Shown here: piece after piece, positions 34,548 to 46,970 of the stretch | Layout of the letters: the number at the start of each line of letters is the position of its first letter | Position numbering within the stretch: the first letter of the stretch is position 1 | Assembly (NCBI GenBank): GCA_965153285.1 | Contig: OZ229115.1 | DNA: 64,000 bases | Strand: one strand, 5' to 3' | Origin: Podarcis tiliguerta | Lineage: Eukaryota | Program-made: the position numbers and the translations under genes | The notes under the pieces: generated by a model | What the model was told of the DNA's origin: nothing | What the model saw: the letters and a program-made list of their open reading frames with translations, nothing else | Database searches by the model: none

Positions 34548-37314
34548 GTGAGCGAGCGAGCGAGCGGCCTTGAGGGGTTGTGTATTAGTGGGGGGTGGGG
34601 GACGGTTTCTCGAAAGTACGCATGCGCGGGGGTGGCGGGGGGGGTTTAACGGAGTTCGGGGCGCCATTATAAGAACCCCCCCCTCCAATGTTAGGGACAC
34701 CCTCCCTCCCCTCAGATAGGCCACAATATTGCAGTAAGCGCCGTGCACGCGTGTTTACAGAGCCACAACAAAGGTCAGTTCCCTGCCCCGAGGAGCTTCC
34801 AGACCTAAGGTGGGAAACGGGCGGGCAGGAAGAGCAGGTGCAGCTCTACTTCGTTGCAGGTGGAAGTAGGGACGGGACTGGAGGAAGGAGCCCTGGGGCT
34901 GAAGAAGGGCAGGGGGGGGGGAGGTCGTAGCTAGGAAGACACCAGCCTCTGTGCCTTTTGGAGGGAAGGGTGAGCGGTGTCGCTGTGGGTACTTGGCATG
35001 CCGGAGGCTCTAGGATCAACCTCTGGCGTGAAAAGGATCCAGTGGGAGGTGTTGGGAAAGACCTTTTCTGCCCCTAAGCTGCCAATCAGAGCAGACCATT
35101 TTGGGCCTGATTGAGACAGTAATCATGGCTTGGAATGAGGCTGGCTCCCATATTCCATTGCCAAGAGAGAAAATACACAGAGACCTCCATCGTTTCTCTC
35201 CCCTTAAAATAAACGTGAAAAATTTGGAGCTCCCCATAGGGATTTTAGTGCTATGAACTCTGCTTGCCCTGTTCTCCCCCTTCAATCCTCACTTCTTCCA
35301 TAAAACTAGGTTAAGCACTTTCTGCACCTGTTTGTTCGTAGAGGGTTCCCTGAGTCTTGGATGCAGTAGAAGCCATGTGCCTCAGCCGCACAAACAGCAT
35401 TTTAGCCGCTCAGGTCTTATTTGAGCCTTTGGCTATGTGCAGAAGGCTTTCCGTTGGTTCTGCATGCTCACTGTCCAGAGTGCTGATGGGCAGTTTCTTT
35501 TCTGCCTGGAGAGGGAAGGGCATGAGGGAAGAAAAGTGCTGGAGCTCTGGCTTTGTGCCCACCTCCCCTGAGAAGGTCACATGGCCTTGTCCTGATTTGA
35601 CCTACTTGGATGGAAGCACTTGGCCCCAGCAGAATGGCAGCCTGCCCTGTTGGCTTGCCAAATTCCCAGGCAGATGGGCAAGCACAACAATCACATTAAA
35701 AATAAATCTTGGCATCCCTCCTGCAGGTGACGCGAGTAGGGAACGTCACTTGAACAAGGATCAACAGTAAGCTTTATTAATTAAGTGAAATGGCAGGGAT
35801 GAGGCTATAGTCAGAAGGTTGGGGCCTCTAAGCTGTTTCGTTTCAGTGGCCCTCCTTTTGAAGCTGGTTGAGGGGCGTAATTTTAGTATGAGAAAGCAAC
35901 TGAGAGGTGCCAGGGCATGTACAATGAAGAACTCTGACCCAGCCATCTTCTGAAAATGATGTGATGTTTACATGGGACCATCACTGTTGTGGTGTTTTAC
36001 AGAGTACGGTAGCCCAATCTTTCCCAAAAGGCATTTGAATTTTAACAATGTGAATGACAAAACAAAAACAAGGGCATGCTTCAGTTTCCCAGATGTAAAA
36101 TGTAAACAATAATTATGTACCTAGTAGGCCAAGATGAGGACATTAAGGTGCTGTGACTTTTTTGTTCTTAACATACCGTCCTTACTTCAGGAATCTCAGA
36201 ACTGCTGTAGAAAGTGTTCATGTGGTCTTACCAGCTGAGCAGTTATCAGGTCTTTCCCCCCACCTCCTTGGCTTTCATTGCTATGGGGCTGGTGCTCCCA
36301 GATCACTCGTCTCACCTCCAAATACATTTTCCCAATAGCAATTGAAAAAGTGACATCTGTATTTAGAAGATCAACAGAGGAATGGGTTAGAGCAGGCAAG
36401 ATACTTTTGAAAGGTCACCCCCGACACTTCGGGAATTTGGATTGTAATGATGTAGTTTCCATAGCCCAAGTGGGAGCATTCCAGGCCTTATAGCAGAGTG
36501 GGAATTTACTGGTCCTGCTTTCCCCCTTCACTCACTGCTTTGCCTGGCTGGCTATGCCTCTTGCTGGCCTGGGTAGAGCATATAAAGAAGTGTGAGAGGG
36601 GGTGCAGCAACTAGCCCACTGTACAAAGGTAAAAGTTACATGAGTTGCTCTCTCCACTTTTGCCTCCTGAAGGTTGCCCAGAAGGCAAGGCGTCCCTGAG
36701 ACTGGAAAAGGTTCCCACCCCTGCTCTTACATCATGCAGCTCACCTGATTAAAGCAGTGTACTAGTTCAGTGGGTAAGTGTTGGGTAAGGTAAATGCCAT
36801 CTCCTTTATCAGGCATTTGCAAGAGTAAAAGGAGTGTCATGCACTGAATCCAAGACACACTATGTCAGTAATGAAACCTCAAGATGAGCTGGACTATGTC
36901 CTGAGCCTTTTTTTCTCTTTTCTTTAAAAATGCAGTCAGATTTCCACTGTTGCTGCAATAATTATACACTCGCATTGGCATTTAAGATTGTGGTAATAAT
37001 CTTTTCTTTAAATATTGAAACTGAAAACAAGTCACAAGGGCTCTTTAAAGGTTGATGTTGACATCTAGGAATCTAAATCTTTTCCTGTACTCAGAATAGG
37101 GCTGGTGCCTAAAAGTAGATTTAAAATGTGGAGTCTTGTCCCACCATCTCTGTGCATGTGTCCATTCACTTCCCTTAATCATGCAACTCATCATTCCAGG
37201 TAGCAACCTCTTCTTGCTGAAACTTTTGAAAATTGTCAGTGGGTGTGACTATACCAGTGAGATGCCCATGGGCAGGACTTCTGCTTCATTTGGCCCTCCT
37301 CTGCTAGGCCTGCC

Positions 37315-37565
37315 ATGACCGCATTCTTCACCAGCGTCCCCAACTGGATTCAAGATGCAAAGCAGGAGGAGGAGGAGACGGGCTGGAAACTAGTACCCCG
37401 CCCCAAGGGCCGAGAAAGCGAGAGCCAAGGGAAATGCCAGCACGAACCGCCAGGAGCCTCCTTCCCCAGTGTGGATAAGCTGAGAGCAAACCCAGAGCAG
37501 AGACCGTACGGCTGCCCTCAGGTGCACTGTGGCAAGGCCTTTGCTTCCAAGTACAAGCTCTACAG
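37315..37565 (+). CDS. PLAGL2: PLAGL2 first coding exon
   Basis: MTAFFTSVPNWIQDAKQEEEE...CPQVHCGKAFASKYKLY; exon starts 37200 after cattccAG; donor AG|GTATGT. Confidence 0.97.
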
Positions 37566-37589
37566 GTATGTAGGAGAGATGGGTTAGAG

Positions 37590-37794
37590 CAGGCATGTTC
37601 AAAGTCCGGCCCGGGGGCCTAATTTGGCCCGGAAGTCAGTTTAATCCAGCCCCTGCTGCAGTTTATCACCTTGGGCAAACTGCAAAAAGCAGCTCAACAA
37701 CTTCAACCCTAAAAGGTCAAAAACTTTGGTTGGCCCTCATGCATGTTCACTTCATCAAATCTAGCCCTTTTTGAAAAAGGTTTGGACACCCCTG
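37590..37794. mobile_element. hAT-type MITE 24 bp downstream of the PLAGL2 donor
   Basis: Termini CAGGCATGTTCAAA...TTTGGACACCCCTG, 8-bp TSD GGTTAGAG. Confidence 0.82.
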
Positions 37795-38199
37795 GGTTAG
37801 AGGGTTGGGCTAGGACGGAGCAGCCTCAGGTTCAAACTTGGCCATGAAACAGGTTTGTTTTAGAGCAGTGTTTCCCAAGCATAAGAAGGATAACTTACTC
37901 TATGCGGCCATAGATGAAAAGTTTGGGGCTGCTGGGGAAAGGCAACAGACCTCGCCACACAAGCCTCCATAACATCCTCCCCCCAGGTCCCATTTATGAT
38001 CTGAATGGTGTAAGATGTGCGGATGGGTTTGACAAATGCCAAATTCTTCGCTCTCCTTCACTCCTATAACTCTTAAAACCGGGCAGAGGAGAATCTCCTT
38101 GCCCAAGCTAACCTGCCCAGCTTTTGTGGTGCTTGTGGCGGGGGCGGGGGCAGGGACACAAGTAAGCTGCTTATAACCTGTGCTTCTTTTCCCCGCAAG

Positions 38200-39403
38200 G
38201 CACTTGGCCACCCATTCTGCCCAGAAGCCCCACCAATGCATGTACTGTGAGAAGATGTTCCACCGCAAGGACCACCTTCGCAACCACCTGCAGACACATG
38301 ACCCCAACAAAGAAGCTCTCCACTGCCCAGAGTGCGGCAAGAACTACAACACCAAGCTCGGCTACCGGCGCCACCTGGCCATGCATGCTGCCGCCAGTGG
38401 CGATCTCAGCTGCAAAGTGTGCTTGCAGATGTTTGAGAGCACCCAAGTCCTGCTGGAGCACCTCAAGGCCCACTCCCGGAGGCCCTCGGGCAGCGTGAAG
38501 GAGAAGAAGCACCCGTGCGACCACTGCGACCGCCGCTTCTACACTCGCAAAGATGTGAGGAGGCACCTGGTCGTGCACACGGGCCGGAAGGACTTCCTGT
38601 GCCAGTACTGCGCCCAGCGATTTGGCCGCAAGGACCACCTGACCAGACACATGAAGAAGAGCCACTCCCAAGAACTGCTGAAGATCAAGACGGAGCCAGT
38701 GGACATGCTAGGCCTGCTCAGCTGCAGCTCAGCCGTGGCAGTGAAAGAGGAACTGAGCCCCGTCTTGTGCATGGCATCCCGGGATGTGATGAACAGTAAG
38801 AGCTTCCCTGGGATGCTGCCAATGGGCATGTATGGGGCACATGTCCCCACCATGCCCAGCTCAGGAATGCCCCATTCTTTAGTCCCCAACCCTCTGCCAA
38901 TGGGAATGAGCTACCCCCTGGAGTCGTCCTCCCCACCACAACCTCCCCCAAAGTACCAGCTTGGATCTACCTCATACTTGCCTGACAAGCTCCCCAAAAC
39001 AGAGGTGGACAGCTGTTTGGCAGAGCTCCCTGGAGGCCTGTCCCTTGTGCCTGGTGAGCCATCCTCGTCCTCTCCTCAGCCGATCACCCTGGAGGAGACT
39101 CTGCTCTCCAAGAGCCCCGCTCTGCTTTCTGAGGCTCTCTGTGCTGCTAACATGGACTTCTCCCATCTCCTGGGCTTCCTCCCCTTGAACCTCCCGTCGT
39201 GCAACCCTCCCGTGTCCTCGGCGGGTCTGGTCATGGGCTATTCACAGGGAGAGACCCAGTCACTCCTCACCACTTTGCCACCGCAAGAGGCGCCAGGAGC
39301 CGCGACCTCCCTTGGCTTCGGAGCACTTCACTCGCTGCCCTCCATGTTCTCTCCTGGCTTGGGTGCAACCACCTTGCCACGTTTTCACCAAGCGTTCCAG
39401 TGA
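38200..39403 (+). CDS. PLAGL2: PLAGL2 last exon: C2H2 zinc fingers and activation domain; protein 484 aa
   Basis: HLATHSAQKPHQCMYC...IKTEP and VKEE SUMO-type motifs...TTLPRFHQAFQ* PLAG-family C-terminus. Confidence 0.98.
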
Positions 39404-42400
39404 GGCAGCTGGGGAAAGAACGGGACTTTCCTTCGGCGTGTGGATTGTGTACGGCAAGGGTGCCCAGATTTGTTCTCCTTCCTACCGTAGGCTGGGAAGG
39501 TTTGAGGGGAGGAGTGCCTGCGTGGACTGGAACTGCCATGCGGACTTTGATGTGCGCCTCAGACCCAGACAGTGTGTAGGTTGCAGCAAATAGAAATTCA
39601 GGTATTTCCCCAACCTTGTTTGTTTGGTAAATCAGGCATCACACTGACCTTCCTTGGGGCTTCCGTCCTCATTCCACTTTATTGAATCGGGGGTCTGCCT
39701 CACGTTAGGGCACAACATTTCTTCTGCATTTCAGCACCTCAGTCCACGGGGAAGGCTGGAAGAGCCTGTTGTCGCCTGCTGCCCCTCCCACATCACCTCT
39801 CCTGGTTGCGCCCACGCAGTACTGAGTGTGTGCAGAGTCTACACTTCCTTTCTTCAGAGCCGCTTCATTAAGACTCATTCCAACCGAATCGTGTTTACGC
39901 ACCCGTAAAAAAGTCTTCCCACCCACCCCTCACCCCCACCATTGCAAATCAGGAAGTGCCAGGAACACCGTCCTTGTTTCTGGCGCAGCTCGCACACTGT
40001 TTACACAATGGAATCGGGTCGCCCTGATTTCACTTCACTACTTCCATTTCTTCCCCTGTGGGGAAAGCAAAACTGACTATGGATTGCTTTTGCCAATTTA
40101 GCTGACTGCTCTGTAGGTCATGTTCCCTTAAATCTCAGCGTGGGTCAGAAGGATCCTGCAGCCCAAACAGCCCGGCTTGCTTTTCTGTGTTTGTGAGCAC
40201 TCTTTCCCAAAGCATACGCAGGGATGGAGGGGAGTGGACCACAGCCTCGCCTGTTAATGGAAGCTCATTGCCTGAGGGCTTCTCTCCACTTCTGTGGCTT
40301 ACTTAAGTTCGGCACAGGTCTGCCACAATGCCTTGCAATTGACACTTGGTCCTTGGCTTTGAAGCACAAAGGAGCTTGCTGAGAGAAGCCAACGCTTCAG
40401 CCCAGCAGCAACAAGTCCTGAGAAGAAGCTTCCTTCTACCTCACCCCAGTGCTTGTTGGAGGAAGCCATTGGGCTGTGCTTTGCAGTAGCCACAGAGCTT
40501 AATATTTCAGCCTCATAGGCATTGGAGTGGGCTTGCCCAAGCCGTTCCTTTGCCCAAAGGAATAGGGTCACAGTCTTGCTCTCCCAGTGGCTCAGCAAGA
40601 CTTGTGCCACTTGCCTCTTGAAGGAAGTTTGGCAGCATTTGTGGGTGGCAGCTTTGACCCAGCTGTGTCGTGTTCTCAATATGCCTTCATACCCTTGTTC
40701 CTGTGCTTCCCACAACTTCCTATCCTCTTTTGTCTCCTTGGGACCTTGCATTCCTTTGTAAGACCCCCTGGACTTTTCTTTCCCCCCTCTCTCGCACAGC
40801 CAGTTCCTAGAGTTTCCCCTGTGTTCCAGGAATGTGTTACCCAGTTAAAATGAGGGCTGCTTCGTAGTGTTTTCTGCCATCTTGCACCCATACAGAAAAC
40901 CAAAGGGTGGGGACATGCAAAGAGTGCAGTGGCTCTCCGGGTTGCTGTCTGCTTCTGCGACAGTTCAGGGTCCTTGCGTGCTTTGTCTTCCAAGGCAAGT
41001 TGATGAACTGGGCCCATTGGTGCTTCCCAGTTGCTCCTGGGTTTCTGCTTCTCCATCATGCATTTGCGTGCTGGGTTTGCTGCTTCCTTTTCCCCTCTTG
41101 CTTGGATTCCACTTCCTTTTCCCCTTGCCATTTCAGCAAGCTGCTTTCCTGGGCTATTCTGTCTGTATCACAGCAAATACCTCATGAAGTAGGTTCCCTT
41201 CCTCCCTGTCCTTATGAATTCGCACTTGGTAACCTCGTTTGGGGTCAGTCTGCCTGTGTGGCACTTCAGGGTATCTTCACGAGCCCCAGGTGTTCACTTC
41301 TTCATACCTCAGATATATATATACATACATATATACATATATAAATAAATATATGGGGTGGAGTAGGGGTTAAGACAGTAGGATCTGTTTCTCTTGCTTG
41401 CCTGGGTATAAGCCTACCTCTGCCTTCATCCTAAGACGTAGTTAGTGGTCTCTCTGGAGCCCCTTCTGCTTCAGCAGATACATAGCAAGTTTGTTTTCTA
41501 CTAGTTCCAGTTAGTTCCAGTTTGCTTTTAAGGTCTGGGGTTTTCTCCCATTGCCTTCCAGTGTTTAGATGCTTTCAGTACAGGATTCCCCCTCCTGCAA
41601 GGACAGGCTTTGTAGGCTTAGCTAGCCCTTCTCTAGCTGGAATTATTTCATATCAGTTTAGTATTTTGCATTATACTTACCTCAACAATAGCATGTGAAA
41701 GTGAGTTCCACAAGCCATGCTTCTTGATCTGTTTTTAAGACGTTGCCTTTCTAATTTCAGCGAGTGCCTTGCGCTGGGTAAATAGGAGAGTGTCTGGGCT
41801 TCTCCTTATCATTCAGTATTTTTAAATACCTCAGTTGTGTTTCCTGTTCCTCTCTTTTTCCAGAAATTGCTGCACAGTCTCTTATGCAATCCTCACCACA
41901 TCCCTACCTCGACACTTGTGATAAATCTCCACACTTCTACCTTCTTCAGACTTTTGAACGTAACTGATCCAAGATTTTCCCAGTTTGAGTTGCCTTTTTG
42001 TTGTGTGACTCTTCCAGTTTTTGGCAATTCCTGCCTTGTCTGTTGCCTGCTTTACTGCTTCCAGCCTTGAGTTTTGACAAAAGTCTGACTCAGGAGAATA
42101 TTTAAGGCTATAGCCCTTGTTCTTTTGAATATGTCTCCATGACTTGTGTTTCTTTGCTCTTATTACCTAACCGAAGATATAGGTAAGATCTTTGTGCCCC
42201 CCAACCCCACCATGTAATTCAGAGCCATCTTGGACCCCAAGCTTAGTATTCACATTTATACCAAAATATTTCTCTGCTAATAATTTGGGGTGGGGTAAGA
42301 ACTTGAGTGAGAACCATCCACTGAAGCCATGTTCACATGTTACATATGTAAGATTTGCCATCATGTCCCCGTGCTGTTCCGCCAGGATGCATTTTGCAGG

Positions 42401-45400
42401 AGGAAAAAGCACAGACCAGCTCAAACTGGGGTGAGGAGGAGAAATGTGGCAGAATCTTCTGTCCCACTACCAGGGTATTCTCTCTGTGCAGAACTAAGCT
42501 TCCACTGAAGTTTTTTTTTTGGGGGGGGGGTACTTCCTCCACCCCTCTTAGCTTTACTCAGGAGTGAAATTGTCTGAATCTGAAGGTAGCCTAGTGTCAC
42601 AACTAGGCAGTGGGAAGGAAGCAACACTTAAGATAGGAATGAGCAGGTTCCTCCCCTTGGTGCCTATCCCAGGGATAGCACTACAGTAAAAGGAAAGGGT
42701 CCGTCATTCTCACTGCTCATCAGTACACAGCTTTCAGGTTACCTTGAAAAGTAAGATGAGCTGATTATCTTACCTAGTAGTTGTTAATCTTTATCCCATT
42801 ATTACACTTAATGACAACTAGTTCTGAAAACTTATAGCCGGTGGAAATAAGGATATTTTCTTAGTGTTAAGCTACTGTAAATTAATTTCATTGAGGCCCA
42901 TATTATTTGGAAAGCTAAACAACTGGTCTGTATTCACCCTTTCCAACTGGCATGTGGGTGGTTGTTGTTTTTTTAAAAAACACACTTCAGTTGTTTCCTT
43001 CCTTTTGATCCTAAATGTGGCTTATTGATAGGGGACTTAATTTCACGCGACTTGTTTCATAGTGTGATGCCCGTTGTGAAGTAGAATTGGGTCTTGGAGT
43101 TAAAGAGGTTTCATTCCTCCTTGCAGAGAGAATTCAGCTTTAACCAAGGCCATTCCTTCATCTCCCCCCTCCCCTATTTCCCCAGAGCTTACGAATGATT
43201 CAGGTCATGATGAGGTGATCTTGCCACAGCCGTACTCTGTTAAATGCCGCTTGTATTCTTGTGTAGTCCAACCTGATATTTACCACCCTTTCATGAACCA
43301 TTGAAGGCAAAAGGTTTTTCTTCCTTCCTGGTGTGGCAGATGCCAGTTCATGCGGCACAAAGACTGGTAGGATCACCTGTTGGAGATTCCTACCATGTCA
43401 AAGGGGGGACTGGCTAAAATGGCTGCAGTTTGTTGGATCCTCTTGGCCATTTGTTCATCCTTGGTGTACCTTTTTAGCCTCCCTCTTGAAGAAGCTGGTA
43501 CTTAGACCCTTCCTAGCTTTAGTGATGCCAGTGTTACAGCACCCTAAACAGTTTGTCTCCCATTTAGCTTTGCGGTTTCTTCCTGTACCAGTTAGCCACC
43601 TGTCTTATGCCAAATACTACAACATCGCAGCTCTCTATGTTGGACTCTTTCTTATTGACCAAGCTGTTTATTTCCCTTTTAGTTAGCAATAAGCCCAATG
43701 GCTTTATTTTACTAGCACTGACTCTTCTCTGTAAATAGTAAACTCATCAAGGGGCAGGGAGGGTTGTACCATCCCTTCCGTTCACTGGCACATCTTAAAA
43801 CTCATAACCCATTTTATTTTCTGACTGAGGTGGCAAGATGCTTGAAATTTGCAGATAAATCCAACACGCTCTTCTGTCCCAGAACGCTTCGTCCTTTTGT
43901 GTTCAGATGATGCCTTTGCAAGTTCTTTCGTTTCTTGCCTTGTTTTGTGGGATTGACTGTCCCCAAGAAGAATGTGTCCTTCACAGCAGTGGAATTAAAT
44001 TTTAGAATACCACTATTTCTAGACTTGCCCATTAGAAAGGGCGAAAGTGAAAAGTTGTGCAGCCTCCTGGGATTAAAAGGAAGAGGGAAAGTTGACATCT
44101 TTTGGATTAGTGTTATGAAATAGTTACGCCAGATAAAATGAATGACTGCAAGTGCAAGCTCTGTGCAAAGAGTTACACCTACAGTGTGTTGTCTACATGT
44201 GCACTGCATGCTCCCCTCCCCTCTGCATTGGTGGTCCTAGCAGAAAGGTCCCTAGACTGCCAGATCTTAACAAAAATGGTGAAAATGGTATATGATCAAA
44301 AAGTGGGAGTTTTGTGGCCGAGAGAGGGAGCGCATATGTTGTTGAACCCTCTGTGATTCTGGCTTGGTTTGTGTCTTTCTGCATTTTTTGCAACAGCTGT
44401 TTCCTTGGGACATCTCAGAGTGCTTCCTCTCACCATCCACCCAAAGAAAGAAATGTTATGTGTCGTGTCAATGAACTAAGTATCTCTCTGCTGTTATCCA
44501 TGGCTGTTTAAACTGACCCCCCCCCCCAAAATCTAGGTAGTCTGGAATGGCTGCCTTCGCCTTTCCAGTTTTAGTGTGTTCTCAACCTCTAGCGAGCATC
44601 TCGTTAAAACTCTGGGTTTTTGCTTAGTCTTAATAACTAAGAGCTGTGGTTTGTTTTGTTTGTTTTTAAAAATGAATGCTTTGTAATGTGTTTTAACCAA
44701 GGTTTTACCCTACCTGCTAAACAGGATGCTTTTGCCTTAGAGCAGGCTGTGGGGCTATACCCCCCGCCACACACACACACACACACTTTGTGATCTGCCA
44801 CCTCAAGGCGCCGGCCATCACTCCCATGTACCTGCTGCTGCTTGCGATGGTGGCCACGTTCTCATAATTTCATTGTACTTCTGTGTGCATATAAAGGATG
44901 GTAAGGGAACAGGGCAACTGCTGTCACCCATGAGAAAAAGGGGGTGATGGAGGCATTGCAGGAAGGAAACAAGACTTAGTGGCCTGCACCTCCCCAGGGA
45001 GGAACGGAAGCCTGTGGGTGCCTGCACTTGGCATGGCACGTGCCCCGGGTCAGACAGCTGAGCTCTGGTTGCTCCTGCAAAAGCCTTAATAGCATACACT
45101 GTGACTCTGGTGTGCTTTGTACTGGGCAGGGTGGGGGGCAGGGAACATGGGCAGAGGACAACATCATCTGCCTGCAGTGGGACACGATTCTTGCTTTGGA
45201 ATTTGAGATTTGGGACAGCATCTAGGAATGCTATATTCCTAGTCATTTTTCACGGGAATGTTTCCTGTTCCTCTGAACAGCACAAGAACTGATGGCTTGA
45301 ACTCACAGGTGGCCCCTCTGCCTGAGAGTGTCTGTCCCGTGACTGTGTTTTTGCTCTCCTGCTCAGGGCTGTGGTCTTAACAGCTGAACTTTCAAGGGCT

Positions 45401-45759
45401 CATTTGGAATTTCTCCGATCTTGCACCTTGCAAGAGGGAGCTGACCTCTTTGGCTCACCTGAGCCGTACCTGCCTCGTCTCCCAAGCCTGCCTGCCCTCC
45501 GTAAGAGCCACCAAGGCCCTCTAGGCCTGAAGCTGGGACTTCTCAAACAAATCTAGCACTTTTTCTAAATACAGCAAATAACCTCCTCTGATGAAAAGTA
45601 TTGTAGGACTTCTTACAAGTCCAGGTTTTTAAAACTAAAGATTGAAGTGCCATTAGGAAGTGTACAGTTCATCATTGTTCAGTTAGCTTTTCTTTGTCTT
45701 ACAGAATTAAGTCCAAATGAAAGAGGGTGTGTTTTGTTTTTTTAAAAATGAAAATGCTT

Positions 45760-45765
45760 ATTAAA
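45760..45765 (+). terminator. PLAGL2: Candidate distal PLAGL2 poly(A) signal ATTAAA (3'UTR about 6.4 kb)
   Basis: Upstream TGTA elements, downstream GU-rich ctgtttgtttgtg. Confidence 0.55.
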
Positions 45766-46964
45766 AATGTTTGAAGTATAAGCTCTGCTGTTTGTTTGTG
45801 GGAGTGGGAACACCTATGAACAACGCAGGTTGTATGTACTCAGGATCCATATTCTCTATCATCCTGCCGGAGTCTCTGGCTCTTCCCTAGAAACCTATCC
45901 CAGGGGTGTAGCATGGGTTGCAGCTGCCCGAGGTTAGTCCCTTCACTAGCCAGCATCTAATCCATGGGGGGGGTCCTGTTGTCCGGGCAGCCCAGGACCT
46001 CCATACACACTGTCCTGACTTGCACCCTGGGGACGTCACTTCAGTGCTGCTAACACAACAGAAACAATGTGGGAGGTAGCAGGTCCAAGTTACCATTTTC
46101 GGCAGCCACAGCAGGTGCTGTGATTCTCCAGTGGTTTGACTTGCCCCCCGAAACAGATGGATGCCAGCCACAGGAAGTTGAGTGTGTGCTACTATGAGTG
46201 TGTGCAAATGGAATAGTGGTTCCTAGATAGACACCAATGTAGAGTGAACATACTTAATGGGCTTAAGAAGCCTTTGTGGCGTGTCAGTTGGAAAAGTATA
46301 AGACGGGGGGGTGGGCGGCGGGATTGATTGAACGAGAGTGGAGGAAGTAACTTGCTGCTTCAGCCCTGAACAAACAAGTACTTAGGGGTTGGGACCTACG
46401 GCAACATTTTTTGGCCCTACTTGTTTATATTAAATGCCAGTGACATGGAATATAACAGACTAATAAAAGAATAAGATCTTCCCCAAGTCTTGATCTCTTT
46501 TTGGGCTTTGAAATACCACCTTGAATGACATAGGACCTTTTCAAGTTTGACTGGTGGCTGCGGCAGGGTCAAAATTAATCCATACATTTAAAGGCAATAT
46601 TTAAGAAACTCTACGGTAAACCCAACACTCCATATATGGTTTCAGCAAGACAGGGACTATTCAGAACCTCAGCCCTTCAAGGATAGAAGCAGTAGGGACT
46701 TGGTGTGAAGGAGATACACCCACCCCGGAAACGGAACGAAGCCATCAGGTAGCTTCAAGAATGGCTGTCTTGCAGGGAGAAGGTGGGCATTCTTCCTCTT
46801 GCCAGCTCAGACGTCTATGGCAAAGTTTCCCTCCTTACAGAACATAGTTTTTGGCAAATGATGTGATCAGAATGTGAGTTATGTCACCTGCAACTTGGAA
46901 ACCTAAGACAGGTCACCCATGGCTGAAGTTGCGCAATGAAAGACACAATGACAACAACAGCATA

Positions 46965-46970
46965 TTTATT
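46965..46970 (-). terminator. TM9SF4: Candidate TM9SF4 poly(A) signal AATAAA (3'UTR about 2.1 kb)
   Basis: TGTAAATAAA on minus followed by GU-rich ctgttgttgtcattgtgtc. Confidence 0.7.

Larger units (their letters stand above)
33780..34760. promoter_or_regulatory. CpG island / bidirectional promoter of POFUT1 (-) and PLAGL2 (+)
   Basis: Head-to-head first exons; X-box GTCTCCATGGCGAC 34176-34189; ETS/GABPA-like GCTTCCGG at 34258 and 34415, CCGGATGT at 34272; NRF1-like CGCATGCGC near 34619. Confidence 0.9.

Noticed and set aside
38171-38951. Minus-strand ORFs over the PLAGL2 zinc-finger exon
   Set aside because: Antisense shadows of a coding exon
40299-45556. ORFs of 60-150 aa in the PLAGL2 3'UTR
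   Set aside because: No homology I recognise, many non-ATG starts, random-like composition
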